This document shows, one piece after another, positions 44,156 through 54,844 of a stretch of DNA of 64,000 bases. Source of the DNA: Alphaproteobacteria bacterium (GTDB lineage Bacteria; Pseudomonadota; Alphaproteobacteria; UBA8317); the NCBI GenBank assembly GCA_038131935.1, contig JAYPQH010000017.1, forward strand, positions 32,001-96,000. Direction: 5' to 3'. The notes below the pieces were generated by a model. It was not told where the DNA came from, did not search any database, and worked only from the letters and a program-made list of their open reading frames with translations. Every line of letters begins with the position of its first letter. Within the stretch, counting starts at the first letter, position 1. The position numbers and the translations under genes were made by a program.

Positions 44156-46186
44156 ATGTTCAATAAAATACTTGTTGCAAACCGCGGTGAAATTGCCTGC
44201 CGGATCATCAAAACCGCCCGAAAAATGGGCATTAAAACGGTAGCTGTTTATTCTGATGTGGACCGAGATGGTTTGCATGTCCGCATGGCAGATGAGGCCG
44301 TTCATATAGGTGGTGCAGCTGCATCATCGTCATATTTGCTGGCAGATAAAATTGTGGAAGCAAGCCAATTAACTGGTGCTGAGGCTGTTCACCCAGGATA
44401 TGGTTTTTTGTCGGAACGACCAGGCTTCGAAGAAACACTCAAGAAAGCAGGAATATCCTTTATTGGGCCCAATAGCCGAGCCATTGAAGCTATGGGTGAT
44501 AAAATTGCATCAAAAAAGCTTGCGGCTGAAGCTGGTGTTAGCACGGTGCCTGGTTTCTTAGGTGTTATTCCTGACACAGAAGAAGCTGTACGCATTGCCG
44601 AGGGTATCGGCTATCCTGTCATGATGAAAGCCTCTGCCGGTGGTGGTGGTAAAGGTATGAGGGTTGCATGGAATGAGCAAGAAGTTAGGGATGGCTTCTC
44701 CGCAGCAATGAATGAAGCTCGGTCATCGTTTGGTGATGATCGGGTTTTTATTGAAAAATTTATTACCACGCCCAGGCATATCGAAATCCAAGTTCTTGGG
44801 GATAAATTTGGAAATATAATTCATTTATGCGAACGAGAATGCTCCATACAACGTCGTCACCAAAAAGTGATTGAAGAGGCCCCATCACCATTTTTAGATG
44901 AGCAAACACGTGCTGCTATGGGTGAGCAAGCCATTGCTCTGGCCCGTGCCGTGGATTATGATTCTGCCGGAACCGTTGAGTTTATCGTTGATTCTGAACG
45001 TAATTTTTACTTCTTAGAGATGAATACAAGGCTTCAAGTGGAGCATCCTGTGACAGAACTGATCACGGGTGTAGACCTCGTAGAGCAAATGATACGTGTG
45101 GCCGCTGGGGAAAAACTCTCCTTAACACAGAGTGATATTCAGATTGATGGTTGGGCAATGGAATCTAGGATTTATGCTGAGGACCCAATGCGAAATTTCC
45201 TTCCATCCATTGGTCGGGTTGTTCGGTATCAAACACCAGAAGAAGTGAGCCAAAAGAATGGCTGCACCGTGCGGGTGGATACCGGTATTTATGAGGGTGG
45301 GGATGTCTCGATTTACTATGATCCCATGATTGCTAAACTTTGTACCCATGCTTCCACACGCGACGAAGCGATTAAGATGATGCTGGATGCGTTAAATCAA
45401 ACAGAGGTGCAAGGCTTAGGGCATAATATCGTATTTTTGGCAGCTATGATGCGGGATAAAAATTTCCAGTCTGGAGATATATCCACAAATTTCATTGCGG
45501 AAACCTATCCTGAGGGCTTTAAACCTCGTTCGACTTCGGCTGAGGATCGGGAATTTCTGGCCCTGTTCGCCGCTGGGTTACATGTACGCGAGGAACAACG
45601 CCTAACCGATGAAACAAAGCATGGATCTCATCATACCTTCAGCCAAGATAAGACATTATGTGCGATCTTCGGTCCGGTAGGTCAAATTCAACATATGCAT
45701 GAAATGCGTGTTTCTCAAATTACAGAAAATGAAATTTTGATCCGGCTTATGGGTGAAAATATCATGGAAGAAGTAAAGGTTTCAATGTTGTCACCTAGAC
45801 GTGACCCCGTCCAGCGCTTCTTGGTTAATGGAAAGCCAATGGCTGCGCGAATTTCAACGAACAAATTAGGTTACAATATTTCTTGGTCGGGTTGTGTTGA
45901 AGACATCATGGTGCTGTCGCCGAGGGCCGCGGAACTTTTACGTTTCATGCCTCATAAAATGCCACCAGACACATCGAAGCTTTTGCAGTGTCCTATGCCT
46001 GGGTTATTGGTCTCGTTGGCTGTTTCCGTTGGCGATGAAGTTCAGCCTGGTCAACCTCTAGCGGTGGTAGAGGCCATGAAAATGGAGAACATTCTGCGTG
46101 CGGAACGTAAGGGAGTGGTGCAATCTATCAACGCAGACGTGGGGGCTTCGCTGAGCGTCGATCAGGTCATTATGGAATTTGAGTGA
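44156..46186 (+). CDS. pccA: Propionyl-CoA carboxylase alpha subunit (biotin carboxylase plus biotin carrier)
   Basis: ANRGEIACR, HPGYGFLSE, EMNTRLQVEHP, EAMKME biotinylation site. Confidence 0.95.
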   Translation: MFNKILVANRGEIACRIIKTARKMGIKTVAVYSDVDRDGLHVRMADEAVHIGGAAASSSYLLADKIVEASQLTGAEAVHPGYGFLSERPGFEETLKKAGISFIGPNSRAIEAMGDKIASKKLAAEAGVSTVPGFLGVIPDTEEAVRIAEGIGYPVMMKASAGGGGKGMRVAWNEQEVRDGFSAAMNEARSSFGDDRVFIEKFITTPRHIEIQVLGDKFGNIIHLCERECSIQRRHQKVIEEAPSPFLDEQTRAAMGEQAIALARAVDYDSAGTVEFIVDSERNFYFLEMNTRLQVEHPVTELITGVDLVEQMIRVAAGEKLSLTQSDIQIDGWAMESRIYAEDPMRNFLPSIGRVVRYQTPEEVSQKNGCTVRVDTGIYEGGDVSIYYDPMIAKLCTHASTRDEAIKMMLDALNQTEVQGLGHNIVFLAAMMRDKNFQSGDISTNFIAETYPEGFKPRSTSAEDREFLALFAAGLHVREEQRLTDETKHGSHHTFSQDKTLCAIFGPVGQIQHMHEMRVSQITENEILIRLMGENIMEEVKVSMLSPRRDPVQRFLVNGKPMAARISTNKLGYNISWSGCVEDIMVLSPRAAELLRFMPHKMPPDTSKLLQCPMPGLLVSLAVSVGDEVQPGQPLAVVEAMKMENILRAERKGVVQSINADVGASLSVDQVIMEFE

Positions 46187-46799
46187 ATGCTGTCGGAAGA
46201 TGCCGCATAAGGATATCATCAAATGCCTTCATGCTGATCATGACACCTTGTTCGTGAAGTGAGGTAACACCACGATCTTCTATCCCGCATGGCACGATGC
46301 GTTGAAAGTCTGACAGGTCGTTACAAATATTTATTGCCATCCCATGATGGAAAATTCTTTTTGAAACACGTATTCCCAGGGCAGCAATTTTTTTCTCGGA
46401 TTGATGGTGACCAACCCATACCCCAGTTCGTCCTGGGATAACCTTTCCTGAAATGCCAACATCTTTAAGTGCCGCTAATATCCATTCTTCAAGATGTCGC
46501 AGATATAGCCTCACATCATCTTTAAATCGCGCTGTTTTAACTATTGGGTAAATAACCCTTTGACCAAGATTGTGAACCGTATATTGGCCGCCTCTTCCTG
46601 CATCGAAGACGGGTAATTCACCTTGATCAAGTAGATCTTCAACTTTAGCGGACGTTCCAGCTGTGATGACGGGTTGATGCTCTAACCACCATATTTCCTC
46701 ATCTTGTTGTTCTTTCGCGCAGCCAGCAACATGTGCGCGCATGGCGTCAAGACAGGGACCAAAGGGCTGTGGGGTGGTGAAAAATTTATGTTTCATCAT
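46170..46799 (-). CDS. lipB: Lipoyl(octanoyl) transferase
   Basis: LEHQPVITAG, GRGGQYTVH, KIAALG, IVPCG. Confidence 0.95.
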   Translation of the reverse strand: MMKHKFFTTPQPFGPCLDAMRAHVAGCAKEQQDEEIWWLEHQPVITAGTSAKVEDLLDQGELPVFDAGRGGQYTVHNLGQRVIYPIVKTARFKDDVRLYLRHLEEWILAALKDVGISGKVIPGRTGVWVGHHQSEKKIAALGIRVSKRIFHHGMAINICNDLSDFQRIVPCGIEDRGVTSLHEQGVMISMKAFDDILMRHLPTAFTQIP

Positions 46800-46867
46800 A
46801 CTTGGGTAATACACCATCTTCACTCTTCACAAAAGAGAGGTAGTCTGGTAGATCCGTCGTCTGGTTT

Positions 46868-46954
46868 GCGGTCGTGGCGGAATTGGTAGACGCGCAGCGT
46901 TGAGGTCGCTGTGGGATAAAACCCGTGGAAGTTCGAGTCTTCTCGACCGCACCA
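46868..46954 (+). tRNA. tRNA-Leu(GAG)
   Basis: Acceptor stem GCGGTCG/CGACCGC, anticodon arm CAGCG-TTGAGGT-CGCTG, long variable arm, GTTCGAG T-loop, ACCA end. Confidence 0.97.
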
Positions 46955-47075
46955 TTCAATATGTTGTTTCTTGAGAAACACATAAGAAACTTTGCAAAAG
47001 AGTATCGTGAGGTTTGAAAACTGTTGGGTTTTGCCCTCTTTTGGGGCGCGTAAGGGTTGGGGAGCATGAGCACCA

Positions 47076-48452
47076 ATGGTTATGGCAGCATCAGCACAAT
47101 CTGAAACGATGGAACTTACCCCAGAATATGTTCGAAAAATACTATCTTCCCTAGATGCCGATAATCACGAAAATGTTCGTACTCTTTTGGGTCATCTTCA
47201 TCCCGCGGATATCGCTGATTTGCTTGGCTTGGTAAAGCGCGATGAACGTCATGAACTCATTGGATGTCTGCCAGCAGACAATCTTGCTGAAATACTCATT
47301 GAACTGGATGGTTTTGCGAGGGATGATATTGTTCAAGAGTTGGCTGAGCAGGAACCTGAGACAATCGCCAATGCTGTACGGGCGTTGCAAAGTGACGACG
47401 CACTATATTTGTTAGAAGATCTGAATGATCAAGCCCGAAATGCGGTGTTGGACTTTGTCCCTGAGGAGCGACAATCTATTGAGGCGGGCTTATTGTATCC
47501 TGAAGGTTGTGCTGGGAGGATTATGCAGCGCGAGGTCATCTCGGTGCCTGTCTCTTGGACAGTGGGTCAAGTCATTGATTTTATGAGAAGTACATCAAAT
47601 TTGCCCAAATCCTTTTATGATTTGTTTGTCGTTGATGCATCGAATAGGCCCCGTGGCACTGTTGCGTTGTCTGCTTTGTTGAGGTCTCAGCGCGCCACCA
47701 TGGTCATTGACATTGCAGATCGTGATTTGGATCTTGTTGATGTACTTACCGATCAAGAAGAAGTTGCTTTTCAGTTTAAACAGTATGATTTGACATCAGC
47801 GCCTGTGGTTGACGCGCAAGGCTCTCTCATCGGTGTTATACAAGTCGACGATATCATGGATGTCATTGATCAAGAGGCTGATGAAGACATCAAGCGTTTG
47901 GCGGGTGTAGGTGATGAAACGGTGGCTGATAGCTTCTTATCAACAGCCCGAAAACGTTTGATCTGGCTCATGATAAATCTTGTAACAGCTTTTATGGCTG
48001 CAAGTGTGATTGCGCAATTTGAAGAACAGATTAATAGCCTTGTCGCCTTGGCTGTGTTGATGCCCATCGTTGCCGCTGTGGGGGGAAATGCAGGTACACA
48101 ATCGCTTACTGTTGCGGTGCGGGCGTTAGCTGATCGTTCCCTCACGCAAACCAATGCTATGCGTGTTGTAAGTCGAGAAGCGCTTGTTGGATTTGTAAAT
48201 GGCGTTCTTTTGGCGGCCTTAACAGGAGGGGTGTCTTTTTTCTGGTTTGAAAATGGTTTGTTGTCGGGGGTTATTGCAGTAGCTATGGTCCTGAACATGA
48301 TAACGGCTGCATTGTTCAGGGTGCTTGTTCCTCTTATCTTGGAGCGTTTGGGTGCAGATCCCGCGGTATCTTCAGGGGTTTTTGTCTCCACCACGACAGA
48401 TGTTGTGGGTTTTTTCGCCTTCCTCGGGTTGGCAACCGTTGTTCTCCTATAA
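47076..48452 (+). CDS. mgtE: Magnesium transporter MgtE
   Basis: LHPADIADL, CBS pair, MPIVAAVGGNAGTQ, DPAVSSG...TTTDV. Confidence 0.96.
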   Translation: MVMAASAQSETMELTPEYVRKILSSLDADNHENVRTLLGHLHPADIADLLGLVKRDERHELIGCLPADNLAEILIELDGFARDDIVQELAEQEPETIANAVRALQSDDALYLLEDLNDQARNAVLDFVPEERQSIEAGLLYPEGCAGRIMQREVISVPVSWTVGQVIDFMRSTSNLPKSFYDLFVVDASNRPRGTVALSALLRSQRATMVIDIADRDLDLVDVLTDQEEVAFQFKQYDLTSAPVVDAQGSLIGVIQVDDIMDVIDQEADEDIKRLAGVGDETVADSFLSTARKRLIWLMINLVTAFMAASVIAQFEEQINSLVALAVLMPIVAAVGGNAGTQSLTVAVRALADRSLTQTNAMRVVSREALVGFVNGVLLAALTGGVSFFWFENGLLSGVIAVAMVLNMITAALFRVLVPLILERLGADPAVSSGVFVSTTTDVVGFFAFLGLATVVLL

Positions 48453-48473
48453 CCTGTGACAGGTTGGTTTTAT

Positions 48474-48905
48474 ATGTCTGAAATTGTTCATCTTAAAAAG
48501 CTTGCCGTGGGTGCTGAAAATATTTCGAGTTTAGAAAGGTGGCAACAAGGTGGATGCATGCTTTTGGCACGGCAAATGGGTTATTACGTACCATTTCACA
48601 GAAACCGACAAATGCACAAACGAGCGGATGATATCCGAAAAGGGGGTTCATTATTTTGGATTATAAAAAGACGTATCGTTGTGCGCCAGCCTATAATTGA
48701 GCTTAACGCGGTTGATCATGAGGGACAAAAATTTTGTGATATTCTGCTTGATCCCAAACTGGTGCTGGTAACCCCTAGACATCATAGACCCTTTCAAGGG
48801 TGGCGTTACCTTAAGAGTAAGGACGTTCCTTCTGATATTCCGGTCTCACAAACAAATGCACCAGCAGGTTTATTGTCAGAGCTTGAAGATCTGGGCCTTC
48901 TTTAA
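48474..48905 (+). CDS. DUF1489-family protein
   Basis: [34 protein letters not shown]. Confidence 0.85.
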   Translation: MSEIVHLKKLAVGAENISSLERWQQGGCMLLARQMGYYVPFHRNRQMHKRADDIRKGGSLFWIIKRRIVVRQPIIELNAVDHEGQKFCDILLDPKLVLVTPRHHRPFQGWRYLKSKDVPSDIPVSQTNAPAGLLSELEDLGLL

Positions 48906-49734
48906 AGAGAAATATTATCAATCAATCTCGTTGTGCCCATATATGCAGCCGCAAGCAATCGATCGCCTGTTTGGGCAGGAAATGCAGGGGAGAGATCTTG
49001 GAAACGTCCAGCATACACATAGTCTATCTGATCAAATCCTGAATTCTGCAGCATAACGGTACCTCTTTCTTGGATGGCCTCGGGCGATAGATTATGGCGA
49101 AGAATTTCGAGGGATAGGTCTTGCAGCATTTGATGCATTCCCACGGCTTTTTTTCGTTCATCAATTGAGAGATACGCGTTGCGGGAAGATAAGGCCAATC
49201 CATCTTTATCTCTAACTGTCGGGCAGGCAAGTATCTGACAAGGTAAGCGACAGTCTTCTACCATTTCACAAATAACCCGATATTGCTGAAAATCTTTTTC
49301 TCCAAAGATGGCAACATCGGGGCTAATGCCACCAATCAATTTGTTCACAACTGTTGCAACACCACGGAAAAAACCAGGTCGATGTGCTCCCTCAAGAATT
49401 GTGCCTATAGGTCCTGGTTCAACCATGGTCCTGGGACCTTGTGGGTAAAGGTCTGTAACATCGGGGGCATAAAGATAGTCCACCTGTAAAGATTTTAGTT
49501 TCTCTATATCTTGGTCAAAAGTTCTAGGATATGTCCCAAAATCTTCATCGGCCGCAAATTGGGTAGGGTTAACAAAAATGGAGACGATAACCGCATCGGC
49601 ATTTTTTTCGCTGCTTCGATCAGGCTTAAATGACCTTCGTGTAAAGCGCCCATCGTGGGTACCAAGGCAAGAGATTGGCCGGGAGTTCGGCGCTGGCGAA
49701 AGTCCGAAAGATGACGGACGATAACAAGGGACAT
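48902..49734 (-). CDS. panC: Pantoate-beta-alanine ligase (-1 indel in the A run at 49602-49608)
   Basis: [11 protein letters not shown] in ORF 49504..49734; [24 protein letters not shown] and RLIDN in ORF 48902..49786. Confidence 0.95.
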
Positions 49735-49858
49735 GACGAAACAAGCCTAGTTCTGGTTGACATTGAAATAGGGCTCGTGCACGCAAAAAGATGAAAGTTC
49801 AAGTCCCAACATAACGGTCAAAAGTTCAACATTGATGTTTTTGGAGTAGAATTTATTT

Positions 49859-50665
49859 ATGCATGTTATCATATTGGGTAATGAAAAAGGTGGCAGTGGG
49901 AAAACCACAACCTCTATGCATCTTACAACATCTTTATTGGCAATGGGCCAAACTGTGGCTGCCATGGATTTAGATGTACGCCAAAGGTCCTTTACCCGCT
50001 ATTTAGAAAATAGGCTTGCTTACGCAGCTAGGCATGAAATGTCCCTCACTCAGCCACGCTATATCAGATTTCAGCCATCGGAGCTGTCTGACAAAGCATT
50101 GGCTGCTGAAGAAGATACGATACGCATAAAAGATTGTTTGTCGCGTGCGGAAGATTGCGATTTTGTGGTTATTGATTGCCCAGGCTCAGATAGTACAGCT
50201 TCTCGTGTAGCTCATGATCATGCTGATACGATTATTACCCCCATTAATGATTCTTTTGTTGATTTAGATTTGATTGGACATGTGGATCCCGATAGTTTCG
50301 AGGTTTTAACCCCGAGTTATTACGCAGAGATGGTGTTTAAAGCCAGGCAACGTCGGGCTGGGCGAGATAAAAAACAAATTGACTGGGTTATCCTTCGCAA
50401 TCGTTTGTCTCAGCTTCAGGCACACAACCAACAGCGTGTTGGTGATGCATTGATTAACCTCTCAAAACGCGTTGGTTTTCGTGTTGTTCCAGGCATGTCT
50501 GAGCGGGTTATCTTTAGAGAACTTTTCCCTAAAGGTTTAACATTGATGGATTTGGGACAGGAAGAAAAACAAGCCAAAATGACCATGTCTCACATCGCAG
50601 CGCGACAAGAAGTAAGGGCACTCATCGCGGCTTTGCAGCTCCCTTTACATGAGCAAAATTCTTAA
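49859..50665 (+). CDS. mipZ: Division-plane positioning ATPase MipZ
   Basis: GNEKGGSGKTT, DLDVRQRS, TPINDSFVDLD, ERVIFRELFPKGLTLMD, SHIAARQEVR; divergent from panC. Confidence 0.93.
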   Translation: MHVIILGNEKGGSGKTTTSMHLTTSLLAMGQTVAAMDLDVRQRSFTRYLENRLAYAARHEMSLTQPRYIRFQPSELSDKALAAEEDTIRIKDCLSRAEDCDFVVIDCPGSDSTASRVAHDHADTIITPINDSFVDLDLIGHVDPDSFEVLTPSYYAEMVFKARQRRAGRDKKQIDWVILRNRLSQLQAHNQQRVGDALINLSKRVGFRVVPGMSERVIFRELFPKGLTLMDLGQEEKQAKMTMSHIAARQEVRALIAALQLPLHEQNS

Positions 50666-50738
50666 AATGGGTTTTCTCTTGGCGAATGGGCCCAACTTGG
50701 TTAAGCAATCGATGGATAGATTGTAGGAGTTAATATCT

Positions 50739-51620
50739 ATGGCACGAGTACGAAAGGCTATTTTTCCTGTCGCTGGAATGGGTACAAGATTTTTACCTGC
50801 CACCAAGGCGATGCCAAAGGAAATGCTGCCCGTAGTCGATAAGCCTATCATTCAATATGCTGTGGAAGAGGCACAAGAGGCTGGTATTGAAGAGTTTATA
50901 TTTGTTACCGGACGCGGTAAAACCTCATTAGAGGATCATTTTGATCGCGCACCAGAACTTGAAAGATTGCTTCAAGACCGTGGCAAAGAAAAGCAGCTAC
51001 ATATGCTTCGACAAGCACAGCTGGCATCAGGACAAATTGCGTATACCCGCCAGTATGACCCTTTGGGTTTAGGTCATGCTGTTTTATGCGCCCAACATTT
51101 GGTGAATGGCGAGCCATTTGCTGTGATCCTTCCTGATGATCTCATCAAAAGTAAAACCTCCTGTCTCACTCAAATGGTGCAAGTGCACAAAAAGCTTGGC
51201 GGAAATTTGGTAGCTGTCATGGAAGTGGAAGGTAGGGCGATTGAGCGTTATGGAGTCATTCAACCGGGGCAGCGACAAGATAATTGGGTTGCTGTAGAGA
51301 ATGTTATAGAAAAACCTTCTTATGCCATGGCACCATCTAATCTTGCCGTTATTGGTCGATATATCCTTGACCCCAGTATTTTTGATTACCTACGTGAGGC
51401 AAATCCTGGTTCTGGAGGTGAAATCCAGCTCACGGATGCCATGGCAAAACTTATTGCCCCCGGTTCTTTCCATGGTGTGCTTTTTGAAGGTCAACGTTTT
51501 GATTGCGGCGATAAAGCTGGCTTTGTTCAGGCAACTGTAGCTTTTGCTTTGGATCGCGAAGATATTGGAGCTGATGTGGGACGTTTTGTGACACAACTGG
51601 CTGATCGTATACAACAGTAG
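50739..51620 (+). CDS. galU: UTP-glucose-1-phosphate uridylyltransferase
   Basis: PVAGMGTRFLPATKAMPKEML, GEIQLTDA. Confidence 0.97.
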   Translation: MARVRKAIFPVAGMGTRFLPATKAMPKEMLPVVDKPIIQYAVEEAQEAGIEEFIFVTGRGKTSLEDHFDRAPELERLLQDRGKEKQLHMLRQAQLASGQIAYTRQYDPLGLGHAVLCAQHLVNGEPFAVILPDDLIKSKTSCLTQMVQVHKKLGGNLVAVMEVEGRAIERYGVIQPGQRQDNWVAVENVIEKPSYAMAPSNLAVIGRYILDPSIFDYLREANPGSGGEIQLTDAMAKLIAPGSFHGVLFEGQRFDCGDKAGFVQATVAFALDREDIGADVGRFVTQLADRIQQ

Positions 51621-51632
51621 GGAAATAGATAG

Positions 51633-52941
51633 ATGCATGTGGTGATGATTGGTACCGGCTATGTAGGCTTGGTTTCAGGAACATGTTTTGCAGATTTTGG
51701 TCATCATGTTGTTTGTGTGGACAACAATCCTGAAAAGATTGAGTTGTTACAAAATGGCGAAATTCCTATTTATGAGCCAGGTCTAGACCTTATGGTCGCA
51801 AAAAATGTAGCCGCAGGAAGACTTCTCTTTACGCAAGATATTTCTGCAGCTGTTGCAAAAGCAGATGTTGTATTTATTGCTGTTGGTACACCATCGCGTC
51901 GAGGCGATGGTCATGCCGATCTTCAATATGTGTTCGCAGCCGTCGATGAAGTCGCCGATGCAATGATCAAATCAACAGTGGTGGTCACCAAATCTACTGT
52001 TCCTGTTGGAACCAACCGGAAGATTGAAGTCCGTTTAAAGGAACGTCGGCCAGACTTGGATATTTTTGTGGCATCAAACCCAGAATTTTTACGAGAAGGC
52101 TCAGCAATTGAAGATTTCAAGCGACCAGATCGCATTGTAGTTGGGGCAGAGACAACTCATGCACAAACAGTCATGGAGCGTCTGTATCGCCCATTGCGAT
52201 TAAACAAAATTCCATTGATGACCACTGGGCTTGAAACCGCTGAATTGATTAAATACGCATCAAATGCGTTTCTGGCAACGAAGATTAGCTTTATTAATGA
52301 GATGGCCAATCTTTGTGAGCAAGTGGGGGCAAATGTTCAAGATGTTGCTCGGGGAATGGGTTCTGACAACCGAATTGGCCCCAAATTTCTTCATGCTGGA
52401 CCAGGATATGGTGGTTCCTGTTTCCCAAAGATACCCTGGCACTTGTAAAACCGGTCGAGACCATAACGCTCCCATCACCATCGTCGAGCAGGTGGTTGCG
52501 GTGAACGAGCAGCGTAAAATGGATATGGCTAACAAAATTCTTCATGCAGCTGGTGGATCTTTGGCGGATAAGCATGTCGCAATTTTGGGTGTTACATTTA
52601 AACCCAACACAGATGACATGCGTGATGCACCCAGCTTGGTCATTATCCCCCAATTGCAAAAATGGGGGGCACATGTTGTTGCGCATGATCCAGAGGGCAT
52701 GAAGGAAGCGGCGAAGGTTCTCTCAGATGTCACATGGGCAGAGGGGCCCATGGAAGCCGTGCAGAATGCTGACATACTGGTGTTGCTAACCGAATGGGAT
52801 ATGTACCGAGCTCTTCATTTGGATGAAGTTGCGCAAAGCATGCGAGGCCATATTTTTGTTGACTTGCGCAATGTCTACAGTCGCGAGGAAGTTGCCGAAT
52901 ATGGACTGTCGTTCACAGGAGTAGGTATCCCTCACAGCTGA
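51633..52941 (+). CDS. ugd: UDP-glucose 6-dehydrogenase (two -1 indels, near 52428 and 52450)
   Basis: IGTGYVGL, NPEFLREG, GYGGSCFPK(DT), FKPNTDDMR. Confidence 0.95.
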
Positions 52942-52943
52942 TT

Positions 52944-54179
52944 TTATCCCAAGTCAGGTGCAAGAGAAATACAATCCATTCCATTTCGAATAAGCAATTT
53001 ACAGGCTGACTTTGCTTGTTTCTTTGTTATACCTGTAATGCGTGCGCGGTATAAAACTTTGCCACTTCGGCCCTGTATTTGGGCGATTTGTACTGTTCCT
53101 GATAAGTTGGTCTTGTCGATGGCTTCACGCGCGGCATTCTTTGCCACACGAGGAGCATAAAAAGCGCCTACCTGAATAGTCCAATCCCCTGAGCTTTGAG
53201 ATGATTCTAGGATGAGTGCCCCAAGTTCATCCACTGGCCTTGGACGGGGAAAAGATTGATTGTCCCTATCTGTATGGCTTGCCTGAAGTGAGAAACTTCC
53301 CTCGTAAGCTTCATATCCTTCCGGAGCAGGTTCTGGTCTTGGAGGTGTGGGACTCGAAAGTGCCCAAGTCGGCTGATGAGGAATCTTTCGGAATGACCTC
53401 TGTAATATATCTTGTACATGGGCATTTCTACTTCGGCCTGATTTACCCCCCAAAACAACAGCCACCAATCGTTGTCCTTTTTGTACTGATGTTGCCAACA
53501 AATTAAATCCAGCTGCACGGGTGTAGCCCGTTTTTACCCCATCCGTACCACTGAAGCGGCCAAGGAGTTTGTTATGGTTGCGGTAAGTTCTACCTTGAAA
53601 GGAGAATGAACGGGTAGAAAAATACCTATAATAGTAAGGAAAATCATTTATCATCGCGAGCGCCAACCTCGCCATATCTCGTGCTGTTGTGAGTTGTTTG
53701 CGGTGGGTTAACCCAGAGGCGTTCATAAAGCGCGTCCTCTTCATCCCTAAGCGCTTTGCAGTTTGGGTCATACGCCGCGCGAATGCGGATTCGGATCCCG
53801 ATATATGTTCTGCGACGGCCGTTGCGATATCATTTGCTGATTTTACAGCCAAAGCATAGATAGCATCTTCAACGGAGATTTTTTCTCCTTTTTTTAAGCC
53901 AAGCCTTGAAGGAGGGCGACGCGTGGCGTTGTAGGAGATTGTTATTTTGTCTTGCAGTTGAATGCGACCATTTTCCAACTCCGTGAATAATTCATACAAT
54001 GTCATCACTTTTGTCAGTGATGCGGGGTGGCGAAGAGCATTGGAATTCTCTGCATAGAGAACTTGCCCACTATTCGCATGTATCACGAAACCTGCATACT
54101 TATTATTGGCTTCAACCTTAAAAGGGTTGGCCAACAGCAAAGCAGACATACAAAACAAAATATACAAACAATTTTTCAT
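52944..54179 (-). CDS. D-alanyl-D-alanine carboxypeptidase (peptidase S11) with C-terminal SPOR domain
   Basis: Signal peptide; SLTK (SxxK), SAN, KTG; Pro-rich linker; WTIQVGAF...YRARI SPOR motif. Confidence 0.93.
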   Translation of the reverse strand: MKNCLYILFCMSALLLANPFKVEANNKYAGFVIHANSGQVLYAENSNALRHPASLTKVMTLYELFTELENGRIQLQDKITISYNATRRPPSRLGLKKGEKISVEDAIYALAVKSANDIATAVAEHISGSESAFARRMTQTAKRLGMKRTRFMNASGLTHRKQLTTARDMARLALAMINDFPYYYRYFSTRSFSFQGRTYRNHNKLLGRFSGTDGVKTGYTRAAGFNLLATSVQKGQRLVAVVLGGKSGRSRNAHVQDILQRSFRKIPHQPTWALSSPTPPRPEPAPEGYEAYEGSFSLQASHTDRDNQSFPRPRPVDELGALILESSQSSGDWTIQVGAFYAPRVAKNAAREAIDKTNLSGTVQIAQIQGRSGKVLYRARITGITKKQAKSACKLLIRNGMDCISLAPDLG

Positions 54180-54220
54180 GAGATGTTCATATCAACTTTC
54201 AACTGATTTGAAAAATTTGC

Positions 54221-54268
54221 TGCAGTGCACAAAAATTGATTGACCTACCCAAAAAGTTCCTGTAGTCA
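54221..54268 (+). promoter_or_regulatory. Putative PhaR operator and sigma70 promoter of the phasin gene
   Basis: TGCAGTGCACAA at 54221-54232, immediately upstream of TTGACC-N17-TAGTCA (54240-54268). Confidence 0.65.
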
Positions 54269-54345
54269 CATATATGTTTCAATGCAAAAAATATGTACGC
54301 AAGCTTCGTCTTGCGTTGTTACGTTCTAAATTAGGAGTGTGTCCC

Positions 54346-54771
54346 ATGAAAGAATACATGAATACCCAACAAATCGAAACAAATATGAAAAAAGTCTTTG
54401 AGCAATCTTCTAAGAATATGGAAGATATGACAAGCATGACCAAAGAGAATGTTGAAGCTTTTGTGCAAACAATGACAATTGCCAGCAAGGGTATGGAAGA
54501 AATGATGGCAGAAATGATGTCATTCACCAAACAGCAAGCTGACGATTTTGCAAAAGTTGTGAAAGAGGTTTCGACAGTGAAATCTGTAGAAGATCTTGTT
54601 AACCAGCAGTCAACATTCACCAAACAAACATTTGAAGCCTATGTCGAAGAAATGACCAAAGTTGGTGATATGATGATCGCAACAACAAAAGACGCCATGG
54701 AGCCACTCAACGCACGTATGAATGCCATGAGTGATCATATGTCTTCCGCCATGAACAACGCCCAGGTGTGA
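54346..54771 (+). CDS. phaP: Phasin (PHA granule-associated protein)
   Basis: All-helical, KENVEAF, KSVEDLVNQQ, EPLNARM; usual position between the carboxypeptidase and clpS; SD AGGAG. Confidence 0.85.
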   Translation: MKEYMNTQQIETNMKKVFEQSSKNMEDMTSMTKENVEAFVQTMTIASKGMEEMMAEMMSFTKQQADDFAKVVKEVSTVKSVEDLVNQQSTFTKQTFEAYVEEMTKVGDMMIATTKDAMEPLNARMNAMSDHMSSAMNNAQV

Positions 54772-54802
54772 AGCTAGATTTTACCATATTTTTTAGGTAA
54801 TG

Positions 54803-54835
54803 AATCCCGCGGTTTTGACTGCGGGATTTTTTTTT
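54803..54835 (+). terminator. Rho-independent terminator after the phasin gene
   Basis: AATCCCGCGGT-TTTG-ACTGCGGGATT followed by a T run. Confidence 0.88.
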
Positions 54836-54844
54836 GGGAACGAT

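Noticed and set aside
46955-47075. Possible integration site after tRNA-Leu
   Set aside because: No duplicated tRNA 3' end or integrase; lipB-tRNA-Leu-mgtE looks like core synteny.
49794-49829. AAAGTTCAA direct repeat (27-nt spacing) in the panC-mipZ divergent spacer
   Set aside because: Only two short AT-rich copies, with no match to a CtrA (TTAA-N7-TTAA) or parS site; could be chance.
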